This document shows positions 1 to 12,218 of a DNA stretch of 64,000 nt, one piece after another; positions within the stretch are counted from its first letter, which is position 1; each line of letters begins with the position of its first letter. This stretch comes from Octopus vulgaris (Eukaryota). The position numbers and the translations under genes are program-made. The notes below the pieces were generated by a model. The model made no database searches. It was not told the DNA's origin and worked only from the letters and a program-made list of their open reading frames with translations. The DNA lies in the NCBI GenBank assembly GCA_951406725.2, contig OX597815.1, positions 15,872,001-15,936,000 of the forward strand, read 5' to 3'.

Positions 1-69
1 TTTACATAGCTATTAACCTCCATACACATCAAACCCTTCTTGCAAAGCATATCTGTCCTAACCAATACC

Positions 70-300
70 TATTTCTTTATTACCCACAAGGGGCTAAACA
101 TAGAGGGGACGAACAAGGACAGACATAGGTACTAAGTCGATTACATCGACCCCAGTGTGTAACTGGTACTTAATTTATCGACCTCGATAGGATGAAAAGC
201 AAAGTCGACCTCGGCGGAATTTGAACTCACAACGTAACGGCAGACGAAATACCACTAAGCATCTCGCCTGGTGTGCTAACTTTTCTGCCAGCTCGCCGCC
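70..300 (-). mobile_element. tRNA-derived SINE, family A, inserted into the 5' part of a family B SINE
   Basis: Minus strand has a tRNA-like head GGCGGCGAGCTGGCAG...GAGTTCAAATTCC, a central GCTTTTCATCC..GAGGTCGATAAATTAAGTACC block resembling the Meta/Sauria SINE domain, and a TAATAAAGAAATAG end. Flanking direct repeat TGTCCTAACCAATACC at 54-69 and 315-330. Confidence 0.9.
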
Positions 301-330
301 TTAACCTAACCAATTGTCCTAACCAATACC

Positions 331-495
331 GCCTGACTGGTCCTCATGCCGGTGGTACATAAAAAGCACCCACTACACTCTTGGAGTGGTTGGCATCCAG
401 CTGTAGAAACTTTGCCAGATCAGATTGGAGCCTGGTGCAGCCTTCTGGCTTGCCAGCCCTCAGTCAAACCGTCCAACCCATACCAGTGATGTTAA
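331..495 (+). mobile_element. SINE family B, partial
   Basis: GGTGG.ACATAAAAAGCACCCACTACACTC..GAGTGGTTGGC..CATCCAGCTGTAGAAAC..GTCCAACCCAT block, which recurs more than 15 times in the window. Confidence 0.85.
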
Positions 496-984
496 AGACA
501 CTTGATATTTTGTTGTGAGCAAAAGTATTTTGAACTTTGTATTAACCAACTGACCTATCAAAATCCATTACAACTCAATTAAGAAAATTCTTCTCTCACT
601 CCATGATACGATACTCTGTAATCCTAGTTTTCAACATTACAAAAGCCAACCAAGCACATACACTTCCCACACACCCATTTGCCAATACAGGCCTACCCGA
701 AGCAAACTGAGGAGCAAACATGACCAATTACTTGTTAACTGATCTTTCATATACGCTTTCTCTGACATCAAAGAGACTTGGCAAAACTGAGGATATAGTT
801 ACTAGTATATGTTCAAGCCACACCCCAACCACATTCATAAACAAAAGCAGGAGTAGGTTCCCAAGAGAGAAAAAAACTTTCATCTGAAAAATTATAAGAT
901 TACATATACAATTTATCAACTGAAATACTACCAGCAGCAGTATCCACAGTCAACAACGATAATGATGCTTGAATAGAAAAAATA

Positions 985-1600
985 TCTCAGAATAGCCAAA
1001 AATTATAAAGAAGAACTGGGCCATTGAGAAAATCAGACATAACCCTAAAGTGTTCTCATTTGACAATAGACATAATGGATCATAAATATTCATTGGTCCA
1101 CTGCCTAAGAAATGTCAGACATTCTACAGAAACAATACTGCTGTCTTCTGTGGTCCTTCTGACATTGACTTAGGCAGTATAAATTGAGTCAATCCCTAAT
1201 ATATTGTCTCTGACATAATTTTCAACACATCAGACATCATTACAATAATAAATAAAATTAAACATTACTCTACAGTAAACCTCAATAAAATTCTCATGGG
1301 TGTTCCGAAGAAATGCCAACACCAATTTGTGTTTTCTGTAGCTAATCTCAAGAGACAATCACAGGACACATACTGTATGCCTAAATTTTTTCTATCCCAA
1401 TCAGTTATCCCAGTTTTTAAAATAGGAAATATGTTGTTTGCAGTTACTGCCAACTGATCGCATTAAAGTATTTGAAACTGTGATAAGGTGGTGACCTGGC
1501 ATTCTAGAGAACAATGGTCTCTTAAATTCCAGCTTTCATGGTTTTCAGTGATGCTGAGGTTGTTTAACACAGCTTCTACATTACTTTGATGGTATTTAAA
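985..1600 (+). mobile_element. Heavily decayed CR1/L2-like LINE reverse transcriptase fragment
   Basis: Broken frames give WAIEKIRHNPKVF, IPVFK, HGF and GCLTQLLHYFD, resembling the HGFxxxRSCLTQL motif. Many stops and frameshifts. Confidence 0.55.
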
Positions 1601-2129
1601 AACTTTTGGGAGGTGACTCCAGCAAAACCATTATTAGAATTCACAAGTCAACAAGAGAGGAAGGATATTGCCTCTGTATGCTAGATGGGAATGAAGGTAT
1701 GAGGGAAGAGGCTGGAATAGAGCAGCTACTAGTTGAGGACTACATGGTTGTTCACATTTATGAGGGGGTACTGAAAAATTCCTGGCTTTCGGTAAAAGAA
1801 AATACAGGAGGGTCAGGTAATTATGATTTTATTCAACATTTTCCTCTCTCAGATTCACACATTTATTGCAGTGGTCCTTCAGTTTTTCAAAGCCCTGTAA
1901 AAGAACTGGGAAGGTTGGGTCTCCAACCAGGCCTTTTGCAATACCCTTAAAACCAAGAACTTTCCAGCCCCCCCCCCCCCACACACACACACAGAAGAGA
2001 GAGTTAGAGTAAATTAGAGACAGACAGTAGTGATAAGGTATCCAGGTGACACCTTGGGTAGCAGGGGCAAAAGCTGGTGGGAGGAATGGGGTTTGCAAGA
2101 ATGTATAGGGGAAAAAGATGTATTGGTAT

Positions 2130-3376
2130 TTCTATATATAGTTGTCCTCATTCATATGTGTCATATGTCCATACAAGCACAGTCTTCTTTCTTGCACACT
2201 ACATCTGATTCCTCTTTTGCCCAGTCTTTCAGCACATTTATACTATGACATTCATGCACACTTACATTGCACATCCAACAGAGCATGCTAGCTTCATTTC
2301 TTTCCAGTCTTTTCATGTCCTCTGTATTTAAGGTCCACTATCATGCAGCACTGCATTTCTAACACAAGCACCATATAATCTGGCTTTCACTCTGAGGGAA
2401 AAGACCTTTGTTGCCAGCAGCAGCAGCAGTGGAGGCGCAATGGCCCAATGGTTAGGGCAGCAGACTCGCAATCGGAGGATCGCAGTTTCGATTCCCAGAC
2501 CGGGCGTTGTGTGTGTTTATTGAGCGAAAACACCTAAAGCTCCACAAGGCTCCGGCAGGGGGTGGTGGCGATCCCTGTTGTACTCTTTTGCCCCAACTTT
2601 CTCTCACTCTTTCTTCCTGTTTCTTGTCCCCGACTTCCTACACAACCGCTGAGCCTGGATGCACATTCATCCATCTGTCGAGGCTCTCGGTGTCGGAGGT
2701 TGACCTGCTTTCTCTTCTGCGGGTCTCACGAATAGCAAAGGACCACATTTCGAACTTCTCCCATCTTGCAAGCTCTGGGACGAAGACTGTTCTCTCAGCA
2801 GCAACAGCAGCAGTGTAACAACTTCCTGAACTTTTTCCAATCCATTCTTACTCTGGCTACTCTGCTTTTAGAGTGGCCACTTCACTTGCTAATTATACGT
2901 CCCAAGTAACAAAAGTCATCAACTACCTGTAGTGAGCTGCCTACGTATTTAAGAGACTCAACTTCCAGTGTGCTTGTACAAACTGCTCCAGTATATCTAC
3001 CACATATAAAGCCTACATTTTTGGATAGTCTACCAGAGATTCTGCTGCATCTCTTGTGTGTCCACTGCTTACATTAAGTACAGCATATGGAGTTTATATC
3101 TACTTCTGCATATTGAGTAAAGCCATTTCAATTGGGTACCAAGGTCCTGCCATCTTTCCAACTTACTGCAACCACCTTTACTAGGTTCACCTTAAAGCCT
3201 CTCCCTTCCAGATTTAGCTTCCATTCCTGGAATTTCTTCTCTAATTCCCTTATAGATTCAACTATAAAAACTAGGTCATCAGCATATAGGAGTTTCTAAG
3301 GACAGTCAGCCTTAAACTTCTGTATGCTGGCTTGTAAGTCTAAGATTAATTAGAGGGACTGAGAACTGAGCCTTGA
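2130..3376 (-). mobile_element. Decayed RTE-clade LINE (RT to C-terminus), interrupted by a SINE
   Basis: Minus strand gives QGSVLSP (about 3355-3376), LLYADDLV (about 3270-3295) and WKKFRKLL. The SINE at 2431-2795 splits it. Confidence 0.8.
2431..2795 (+). mobile_element. tRNA-derived SINE, family D, with TSD
   Basis: A-box TGGCCCAATGG and B-box-like GTTTCGATTCC. CAG-rich duplication at 2415-2431 and 2796-2815. Head shared with the copy at 35831. Confidence 0.85.
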
Positions 3377-3810
3377 TATACTCCAACCTTCACACTAAAT
3401 TCTTCACTTTCACTACTACTGTAAACACCTGCTTCTTTTCCTTGGTGTTAGCAGTTGCAGGACGTCCAGTTTTTGAGTCTTCTTCAAGACTCTCCATTCT
3501 CCTCCTAAATTCAACTTTCCACTTTTGTACCATTGACAAAGCTGGAGCATCATCCCCTAATGTAGCAACAATGTCAGTATGAATTTCCTTGGGGGCTAAA
3601 CTCCTTTTTCTGCAGGTACTTGATAACACAACAATGCTAATTTTGTCCATTTACAAGAGAAGTTGCTACTTTTGAAGACTTCTAGGTGTCAATTTAGCTG
3701 GAAAGAAACAATGCAGTTATTAATGAGTTGAAATTAATGCATGCAAGATTACACAGCTTTACCTTCACACCTTCATAATCAGCCTATGAACTTTACAAGC
3801 CACCCTCATA
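3377..3810 (-). mobile_element. Mariner transposon 5' fragment (TIR plus N-terminal HTH)
   Basis: ORF 3390-3650 LAPKEIHTDIVATLGDDAPALSMVQKWKVEFRRRMESLEEDSKTGRP is a mariner HTH followed by GRP. TIR-like TATGAGGGTGGCTTGTAAAGTTC at about 3788-3810. Confidence 0.8.
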
Positions 3811-4832
3811 TTTCTCCAAGGCATGGAGCCAAACTGTATTTCATTTTGGTTGATTTTCTTCCTTATCAATTGAACTTGTTAACTCTTTCTGTAACTGTCA
3901 TAACATGGTCCAACAATTTGACACCTGCAATTATTTCTCTCAGTCTCTTTGTAGCAGTTGATGATGATGATGATGATGCTATGCCAACCATTTGCTATTG
4001 GCACCTTCCTACAATACCTGATTGACTACGAGAGTGTCTAGCTCAACCAGATGGTGAGCTAGACATCTGGTTGTCCTACTCAACCAGATGGTGATTCCTG
4101 ATGGACCAGATGTCTTTCCTGTCTACGTATCTTTAATTGCTTCTGATGATAATGATGATGATAATGGTAGTGGTGGTGGTTGTGCGTGTGTGCAATCTGT
4201 AATTGCTCTTTTGCCTGTAAAGTAAAATCAGATTTTTCCTTAAACAAGTAAATTAATGTAAAATTAATTTTGAAAAAATTATTACTAGAATTTTGTTTTC
4301 TTCTCTTGACTCATAAACATGGCTAGTATTCCCAACCAAATTGTTATGGATTCAGTCCCACTGCTGACACCTTGGACAAGTATTTAATACCATAGCCCTG
4401 ATCTAACGAAATCCTTAGGAGTGAATTAATGCATGCAAGATTACACAGCTTTACCATCACACCTTCATAGTCAGCCTATGAACTTTACAAGCCACCCTCA
4501 TATTTCTCCAAGGCATGAAGCCAAACTGTATTTCATTTTGGTTGATTTTCTTCCTAATCAATTGAACTTGTTAACTCTTTCTGTAACTGTCACAACATGG
4601 TCCAACAATTTAACACCTCTGCAATTATTTCTCTCAGTCTCTTTGTAGCAGTTGATGATGATGATGATGTGTGCAACCATTTGCTATTGGCACCTTCCTA
4701 CAATACCTGATTGACTACGAGAGTGTCTAGCTCCACCAGATGGTGAGCTAGACATCTGGTTGTCCTACTCAACCAGATGGTGATTCCTGATGGACCAGAT
4801 GTCTTTCCTGTCTACGTATCTTTAATTGCTTC

Positions 4833-4867
<35 letters not shown>

Positions 4868-6115
4868 GGTGGTGGGGGTACTGATGACAATGATGCTGAT
4901 GGCATGTGGTGGTTGTGCGTGTGTGCAAGGGCTGGTGGTTGTTGTGTAAGATTGTTGTATGTGTATGTGTGTGCATGGAGGTGGTGAGGAAATACAAGAC
5001 ATGATGATAGAGGAGGAGAAAGGAAAATAAGGCAATGTTATAGATGAATCATCTAGACTGAAAGTTAAAATAATTACTTGTGTGTGTGTGTGTGTGCATA
5101 TACATACACCTACACACTGACACTTGCACACGCAAATGCATGGAGTTACGTATCTGTTTTCTTAAGGAATTAATCTGGGGTAGAAACTGGAATTCAACTA
5201 AACTTGGCATTTTTCCCTAGACTTAATACACCATAAGTTTGTAATGTGTGAAGGCTTTTCCATGTTTATGTCTGTTTGTATAACAGTGCTTCTGTGCGTT
5301 TGTGTGTGTACTTGTCTGCATACTTTCACTTCAGTATGTAAGGACTAAAACTTCGGTCTATGCCATGTTACTCTCTAAAGTCAGTTTTTATTCGCGTATT
5401 TAGAGAAGAAAACTGAAATAGCAAATAAGATTAGGAAAGAATCTCCCTCTGACCCACTCCTGCTACTGAACAATTTTTGCCATAGCTAAGGGTTCAAATT
5501 ACATTGGAATCTGAACTACTGGACTAATTTCAGTATCAATGAGGTAGCTCCTACATGGTCATTCAGCTAACTAGAAATAACAGCCAATTCACTCTCAAAC
5601 ATCACGCAATCATCTTTAAAAAAAAAAAGCAAGTTACATATAGTTTGGGATAAACTATCTTTGGAATATGACAGTATGATCATAGTTGGAATACCTTTGA
5701 TCATAGAAATTCTTAATCAACGTCAACCTGTGGATAAACAAATAAACTAATTTCAAACCAATGAGGAAGTATCTACATCAAAAATTGTCCTAAACCTTTT
5801 TGCATTATATAGAAACAACTGTCAACTGATCAAAAACAGGCTTGAGTAGACTAAGTTGACAAGATTTACTAAAACTGAAACAAATCTGTAATTGCTCCCT
5901 TGTCTGTAAAGTAAAATCAGATTTTTCCTTAAACAAGTAAATTAATGTAAAATTAATTTTGAAAAAATTATTACTAGAATTTTGTTTTCTTCTCTTGACT
6001 CATAAACATGACTAGTATTCCCAACCACATTGTTATGGATTCAGTCCCACTGCTGACACCTTGGGCAAGTATTTAATATCACAGCCCTGATCTAATGAAA
6101 TCCTTAGGAGTGAAT
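3732..6115 (+). repeat. Local tandem duplication with an internal deletion (A-B-A'-C-B')
   Basis: 3732-4193 matches 4424-4928, and 4194-4427 matches 5884-6115. Confidence 0.85.
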
Positions 6116-6300
6116 TTGGTAGACAGAAACTGAAAGAAGCCCTTTACAAGTGTGAGTGATAAGAAATTTTCTTCCCAACCACATGGTTGCAAATTCAGTC
6201 CCACAAAATGGCGCCTTGGTTGGCCTGAGGCTATGTTAGAAGTGAATTTGATAGATGAGAAACTGAAAGAAGCCCATCATATATATATATTTGCATTAAA

Positions 6301-6413
6301 ATCTCTGAAGAGGCCGTGAGATATTCTTGTTAATGTCTCATTTATACCTGCTTTATATGGCTAATAGGTTAAATGAGACATACCTGTCTTCACGGCCGAA
6401 ACAACTGTCAGCT
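6301..6413 (+). ncRNA. Type I hammerhead ribozyme motif with long stem II (Penelope/retrozyme-type)
   Basis: CTGAAGA at 6305-6311. Stem II is GGCCGTGA/TCACGGCC plus inner ATGTCTCATTTA/TAAATGAGACAT. GAAAC at 6398-6402 and GTC at 6407-6409. Confidence 0.65.
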
Positions 6414-6568
6414 ACAATGTAAATGTATTTCTATTTCTATGTCTTGATATATTTGTACTATATTAATGTATAATATCATTGCTATTGTGTAGTGGTTTAA
6501 TAAAGTATTGATTGGGTATTATCTGATAGTTGATGATTGATTTAGATATATTTCTCCATTTTCTCATT

Positions 6569-6597
<29 letters not shown>

Positions 6598-6599
<2 letters not shown>

Positions 6600-7070
6600 A
6601 TCATCATCATCATCATCATCATCGTTTAACGTCCGCTTTCCATGCTGGCATGGGTTGGACGATTTTGACTGAGGGCTGGCGAACCAGATGGCTGCACCAG
6701 GCTCCAATCTTGATCTGGCAGTGTTTCTACAGCTGGATGCCCTTCCTAACGCCAACCACTCCAAGAGTGTAGTGGGTGCTTTTTATGTGTCACTGGCACA
6801 GGGGCCAGTCAGATATATATATATCATCTTCATCATCATCATCATCATCATCATCGTTTAATGTCCATTTTCCATACTGGCATGTGTTGGGCAGTTTGGC
6901 AGGAGCTGTCCAGGCTCCAGTTGTCCGTTTTGATATGCTTTCTATGGCTGGATGCACTTCCTAACACCAACCACTTACAGGGTGTACTGGGTGCTTTCTA
7001 TGTGCCACTAGCATGGGTGCAGTCCACGTTGTACTGGCACAAGTGCATTTTATGTGGCACCAGCACTTAC
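6598..7070 (-). mobile_element. Two adjacent family B SINEs with (GAT)n tails
   Basis: (CAT)n-CGTTTAA.GTCC.TTTCCAT..CTGGATGC.CTTCCTAAC.CCAACCACT at 6598-6810 and, more diverged, at 6830-7070. Confidence 0.85.
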
Positions 7071-7149
7071 AAGACAAAACCTCTCAATTAAGGGAGAGAG
7101 TGGGGGCATGACCATAAAGGACATGGTTCTCTGTATGGATGGCCATAAT

Positions 7150-7283
7150 TTTACTTAGCTTGGCATGTCTTCTCGAATACAGTAAATTGCCACAAGTCCT
7201 GATCCCTTGTCATCCCAGTGAGGCCCAGCATCTGACAATCCCTTCTCACCACTTCATCCCACGCCTTCCTGGGTCTACCCTCT
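7150..7283 (-). mobile_element. RTE LINE 3' fragment
   Basis: GRPRKAWDEVVRRDCQMLGL..RDQDLW in ORF 7151-7585. Confidence 0.75.
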
Positions 7284-7285
7284 AA

Positions 7286-7321
<36 letters not shown>

Positions 7322-8064
7322 ATGTGCTTGCATGTATGTATGCACACAAGTGTGTGTGTGCAAGTGCACGTGTGTGTGTGTGTGCACATGTGCTTGCATG
7401 TATGTGTGTGCACATGTGCAAGTGCATGCATGTGTGTGTGAGTTTGTATCTGTGTTTGTCTCCCACCACTGCTTGACATTTGGTGTTTGTATGCTTACAT
7501 CCTCGTAACTTAGCAGTTTGGCAAAAAAGACCAACAGAATAAGTATCAGACTCAAAAAAAAAAGTATTGTAGTTGATTCATTCAACTAAAATTCCCCAAG
7601 AAATGTCCACAATCAAAATGACAGAAACAAGTAAAAGATAGAAGACATCAGATATAAACAATGGCTTCACCAGTGGTGTCATTTGCTTGCAGTCCACTAT
7701 GAAATAATATCCAGTTTTCTTGACATATTGCGCAATCTTGGTTAACAAAAGGCTCTTCCATACAATGTTGTTTGCTTCCAGCTCTTCATGTAAACATGTC
7801 TGGGCTGTTGGTTGTTCAACAGGCTGAGAGATTATTACCCCACTTGGAAACAAATGGGGTCAACAGCAGAAAGGGCATCCAGCTGTAGAATACTGTAACC
7901 CAGCATTCTGACTCGTGCAAGCATGGAAAAGAAGACGTTGAAATGATGATGATGGCAATGGCAGCAGTGGTGATGACGATGATGATGATGATGATATCAA
8001 GGATGATAGTCATATCCCCACTATCAACTCTGCAATTGTAGAAGCACTTATAATAGATATTAGA

Positions 8065-8520
8065 TCATCATCATCATCATCATTTAATGTCCGTTTTCCA
8101 TGCTAGCACAGGTTGGATGGTTCGACCGGGGTCTGAAAAGCCAGGAGGTTGCACCAGGCTCCAGTCTGATCTAGCAGTGTTTCTACAGCTGGATGCCCTT
8201 CCTAATGCCAACCACTCCTTGAGTGTAGTGGGTGCTTTTTACGTGCCACCAGCACAGGTGTCAGGGGAGGCTGGCAGCGGCCACGATCGGTTGGTGCTTT
8301 TTATGTGTCACCAGCACAGAAGCCAGTCAAGGCGGAGCTGGCACCGGCCACGTTCGGATGATGCTTTTTACGTGCCACCGGCACAGGTATCACAACTACA
8401 ATTTCCATTTGATATTTATTTTGATGTTAAAGTACTTGACTCAATAGGTCTCCTCAAGCACAGCAGGTCACGTGTCACCGGCACAGAAGCCAGACATGGC
8501 GGCACTGGCATCTACGTGCC
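8065..8520 (-). mobile_element. SINE family B with internal ~55-bp repeats
   Basis: (CAT)n tail, family B core and repeated GGTGCTTTTTA.GTG.CACC units. Confidence 0.85.
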
Positions 8521-8691
8521 ACAATATTGCTTAGGGGCTTGTCTGAACCTGTTGGACCACTCCCTTTACTAGGGCTATCAATGTGTTACTTGGAAGCAAA
8601 TATCAAACAAGAGAGAAGTTTTTGAGGATATCCTTCAGTACTTCACCTCTTAAGCAATTCATCACTATTTTTTCACTGTTTTATTCTCTGG

Positions 8692-8725
<34 letters not shown>

Positions 8726-9674
8726 ACCCAGGTCAGCTTCGATGAAGCCAACCTATACTTAAAGACATTCCAGCTATGACCATCCCATGTTTTTTGTACA
8801 TCATATGCAACCTTGTATGAATATCTTTTCATTTCGACTGAGTCAAGCTGAATAGCCCAGACATTAATGAAGCTAACATCTGAAACATCTGCTGCAGGGA
8901 GTTTTGATCGGAAAATAAATCGATAAAAATCAATGAATATATCTCATTCTTCAACAATTTTTCTATGAACCAGTTTCTCCATTACTTCATCTTGTTATGT
9001 TAAACTTTCTTTTTAGATTTATTTATATATATTTTGTGATTTTTTTTTACATCTTTTTTTTTTCCTTTTGTTCGTTCAGTGATTCATACTTTTATTTATA
9101 TTGTTACCTTTTCTCCCCCAACAACATCACACCCACACTGCACTAAACCACACTACACACACACGCACACACACATACATACATACATGCACATACACAA
9201 CACAGTACATCATGCTTCACCCCACTTCCACATACTACCAAAGGACTACTGCAAGCTAGCAGTGCAGCTTCTATACAGGTGCTTGACTTGCTATAAATAG
9301 AAACCGAATTTCCCTCAAATCAAACCCTAACTAAGGCTGTATTGGACAATGTTGTCCTAAATATAGAAAGAGATAGGATGATTGTAACTGGAAAGTCATC
9401 AAAGAATCTTTTCTGTCATAGGTTTTGTTGATCGGGACTGTCCAACATCTTACACAACTCCACTCCACATCTTCGGACTACTTCTCCCCCACCATTTCAC
9501 AAATCACTTCACACTTCCATACCATTCCATGCCACTACATCACTTCAGATGGCACCATTACACATCTCATCACTATATGCCACTATGTATACATATCACT
9601 CTCCACATATTCAGAGCACTTATCACACTTCTACACACCACTCCATACCACACGCAAACACACATGCACACACT

Positions 9675-9902
9675 TATTTCTTTACTACCCACAAGGGCTA
9701 AACACAGAGAGGACAAACAAGGACAGACAAATGGATTAAGTCGATTACATCGACCCCAGTGCGTAACTGGTACTTCATTTATCGACCCTGAAAGGATGAA
9801 AGGCAAAGTTGACCTCAGCGGAATTTGAACTCAGAACATAACGGCAGACGAAATACGGCTAAGCATTTCACCCAGCGTGCTAATGTTTCAGCCAGTTCGC
9901 CG
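9675..9902 (-). mobile_element. SINE family A
   Basis: Near full-length match to the 70-300 copy. Confidence 0.9.
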
Positions 9903-10746
9903 CACACACTATTTCACACACCACTCCACACCTCCATACACTACTTAAATATTTCTTAAGCTGAGAATTTATCCCTATTCTAGCAAAACTGCTATTCTAA
10001 CCATAACCATTCCTTCTTACTGACACTTTCAGTATTCATTTTCCCAGTTTCTTTGACCATTTTTCAAGACAGTAGGGTAGCATTTAAAGAAGATCTGGCT
10101 GAAATTTCTGGCCAGTTGTGTAATCACATAGAGACTTCCAAGGTGTACAAACAATACATAATGCCAAGTTCTATCTGGGATCTCAATCACTCTACAATCA
10201 AAGACCATAAACTATGAGAAGCATAAAACAACACACTGCCCATCACAACAGGTTATTCACAAACTAGTCCCACAGAAAACCTACACAACAAAACAAAAAT
10301 TCAAAAAATGAAAAGCCACCTGAACATGAGGGGCACAGTTTGTTGCTGTAGCAAGATCCAGTATCAGTCTTTGGCATCATCATCATCATCATCATTTAAC
10401 GGCCACGATCGGATGGTGCTTTTTATGTGCCACCGGCACGGGGGCCAGGCGAAGCTGGCAACGACCACGAACGGATGGTGCTTTTTACGTGTCACTGGCA
10501 CAGGGGCCAGGCGAGGTCACTACATGAAAACCCATCACCAGTTATCTAGGCACATATACCATACACCAGAGCAAACAATATCCTAAAAACATTGTTTTCT
10601 GCAACATTGATGGTTTCAGTGGTCCCAAACATTGCATTAGAAAGTACACAATCAATAATAACTACTGAGGAACAGCAACTGTCACACTCAACCATCTTCC
10701 CTGTGGCCACCACCAAAATCTAAAAGCATACAGAAATAGATTAGAC

Positions 10747-10965
10747 CAGTGCTTTTCAAACTTTTTGCTGGAGCGGAACCCCAAGGAAACACTCCACTGG
10801 CTCAAGGAACCCCTGTGCAATAATTTAATAGTCCTATGCACACATATCTGCACAGGAGAATTAAAAATTACTGCCGATTTTAGCAGTTTTGTAACTTCTT
10901 GCGGAACCCCTGGACTGTACTGGCGGAACCCTAAGGTTCCGCGGAACCCTGGTTGAAAACCACTG
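10747..10965. mobile_element. hAT (Charlie-like) MITE
   Basis: TIRs CAGTGCTTTTCAA / TTGAAAACCACTG, internal GGAACCC repeats, and 8-bp TSD GATTAGAC (10739-10746) / CATTAGAC (10966-10973). Confidence 0.9.
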
Positions 10966-11161
10966 CATTAGACAGTAGAAAGAATAATTATTACACTGCA
11001 CACCATGTGGTTCATCATCGTATGTGAGAGTGGTCAGAACCAAGCTCAGCTAGACAGAGTGACATGGTACAACTAGGAAGACAAAAGTCTGAGTTGTACC
11101 TTGTCATTTAGCCATTTACTTTCATATCATATGCTTGCTCCATCAGGTTTAGCCTGGTGCT

Positions 11162-11551
11162 GGCAGAAACGTTAGCACGCCGGGCAAAATGCTTAGCGGT
11201 ATTTCATCTGCTGCTACGTTCTGAGTTCAAATTCTGCCGAGGTTGATTTTGCCTTTCATCCTTTCGGGATCGATAAATTAAGTACCAGTTACGCACTGGG
11301 TTCGATATAATCAACTTGATCCGTTTGTCTGTCCTTGTTTGTCCCCTCTGTGTTTGGCCCCTTGTGGGTAGTAAAGAAATAGGTATTTCATCTGCTGCTT
11401 ACGTTCTGAGTTCAGATTCCACCGAGGTTGATTTTGCCTTTCATCCTTTCGGGATCGATAAATTAAGTACCAGTTATGCACTGGGGTTGATATAATCGAC
11501 TTGATCCGTTTGTCCTCTCTGTGTTTAGCCCCTTGTGGGTAGTAAAGAAAT
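11162..11551 (+). mobile_element. SINE family A with tandemly duplicated body and 17-bp TSD
   Basis: Body is repeated from TATTTCATCTGC. TSD AGGTTTAGCCTGGTGCT at 11145-11161 and 11552-11568. Confidence 0.9.
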
Positions 11552-11832
11552 AGGTTTAGCCTGGTGCTACACCACTATAACAAAAACTACTCAAAACACC
11601 CAACACACACACAGAAACACATATTCACACACACACATCATACAGTCTGGATGTTTTTATTTTTATTTTTTTAGCATGTATAATGGACACTATTGTCCAT
11701 GACCCTGTATCAGCTTCTGGTTAGAACCATCTCTTTTGCATTATTAATGTCCTTTAATAACAACTCAAATATCATCAAATTAAAAAAAAAACTCAGACTT
11801 CATATGCTAATTCAAATAATTTTTATGAATTT

Positions 11833-12218
11833 CATCATCATCATCATCATCATCATCGTTTAGTGTCCGCTTTCCATGCTAGCATGGGTTGGACGGTTCA
11901 ACTGGGGTCTGGGAAGCCCGAAGGCTGCACCAGGCCAGTCAGATCTGGCAGTGTTTCTACAGCTGGATGCCCTTCCTAACGCCAACCACTCCGTGAGTGT
12001 AGTGGGTGCTTTTTATGTGCCACCAACACAGGTGCCAGACGAGCTGGCGACGACGCCGGATGGTGTTTTTACGGCCACGCTCGGATGGTGTTTTTTTTTT
12101 TGTGCCACCGACACAGGTGCCAGACGAGGCTGGCGAACAGCCATGCTCAGATGGTGTTTTTTACGTGCCACCGGTACGGAGGCCAGGCGGGGCTGGCATG
12201 GCCACGCTCGGATGGTGT
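11833..12218 (-). mobile_element. SINE family B with about four internal repeats
   Basis: (CAT)n tail, core, and tandem GTGCCACC.ACACAGGTGCCAGACGAGGCTGGC units. Confidence 0.9.
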
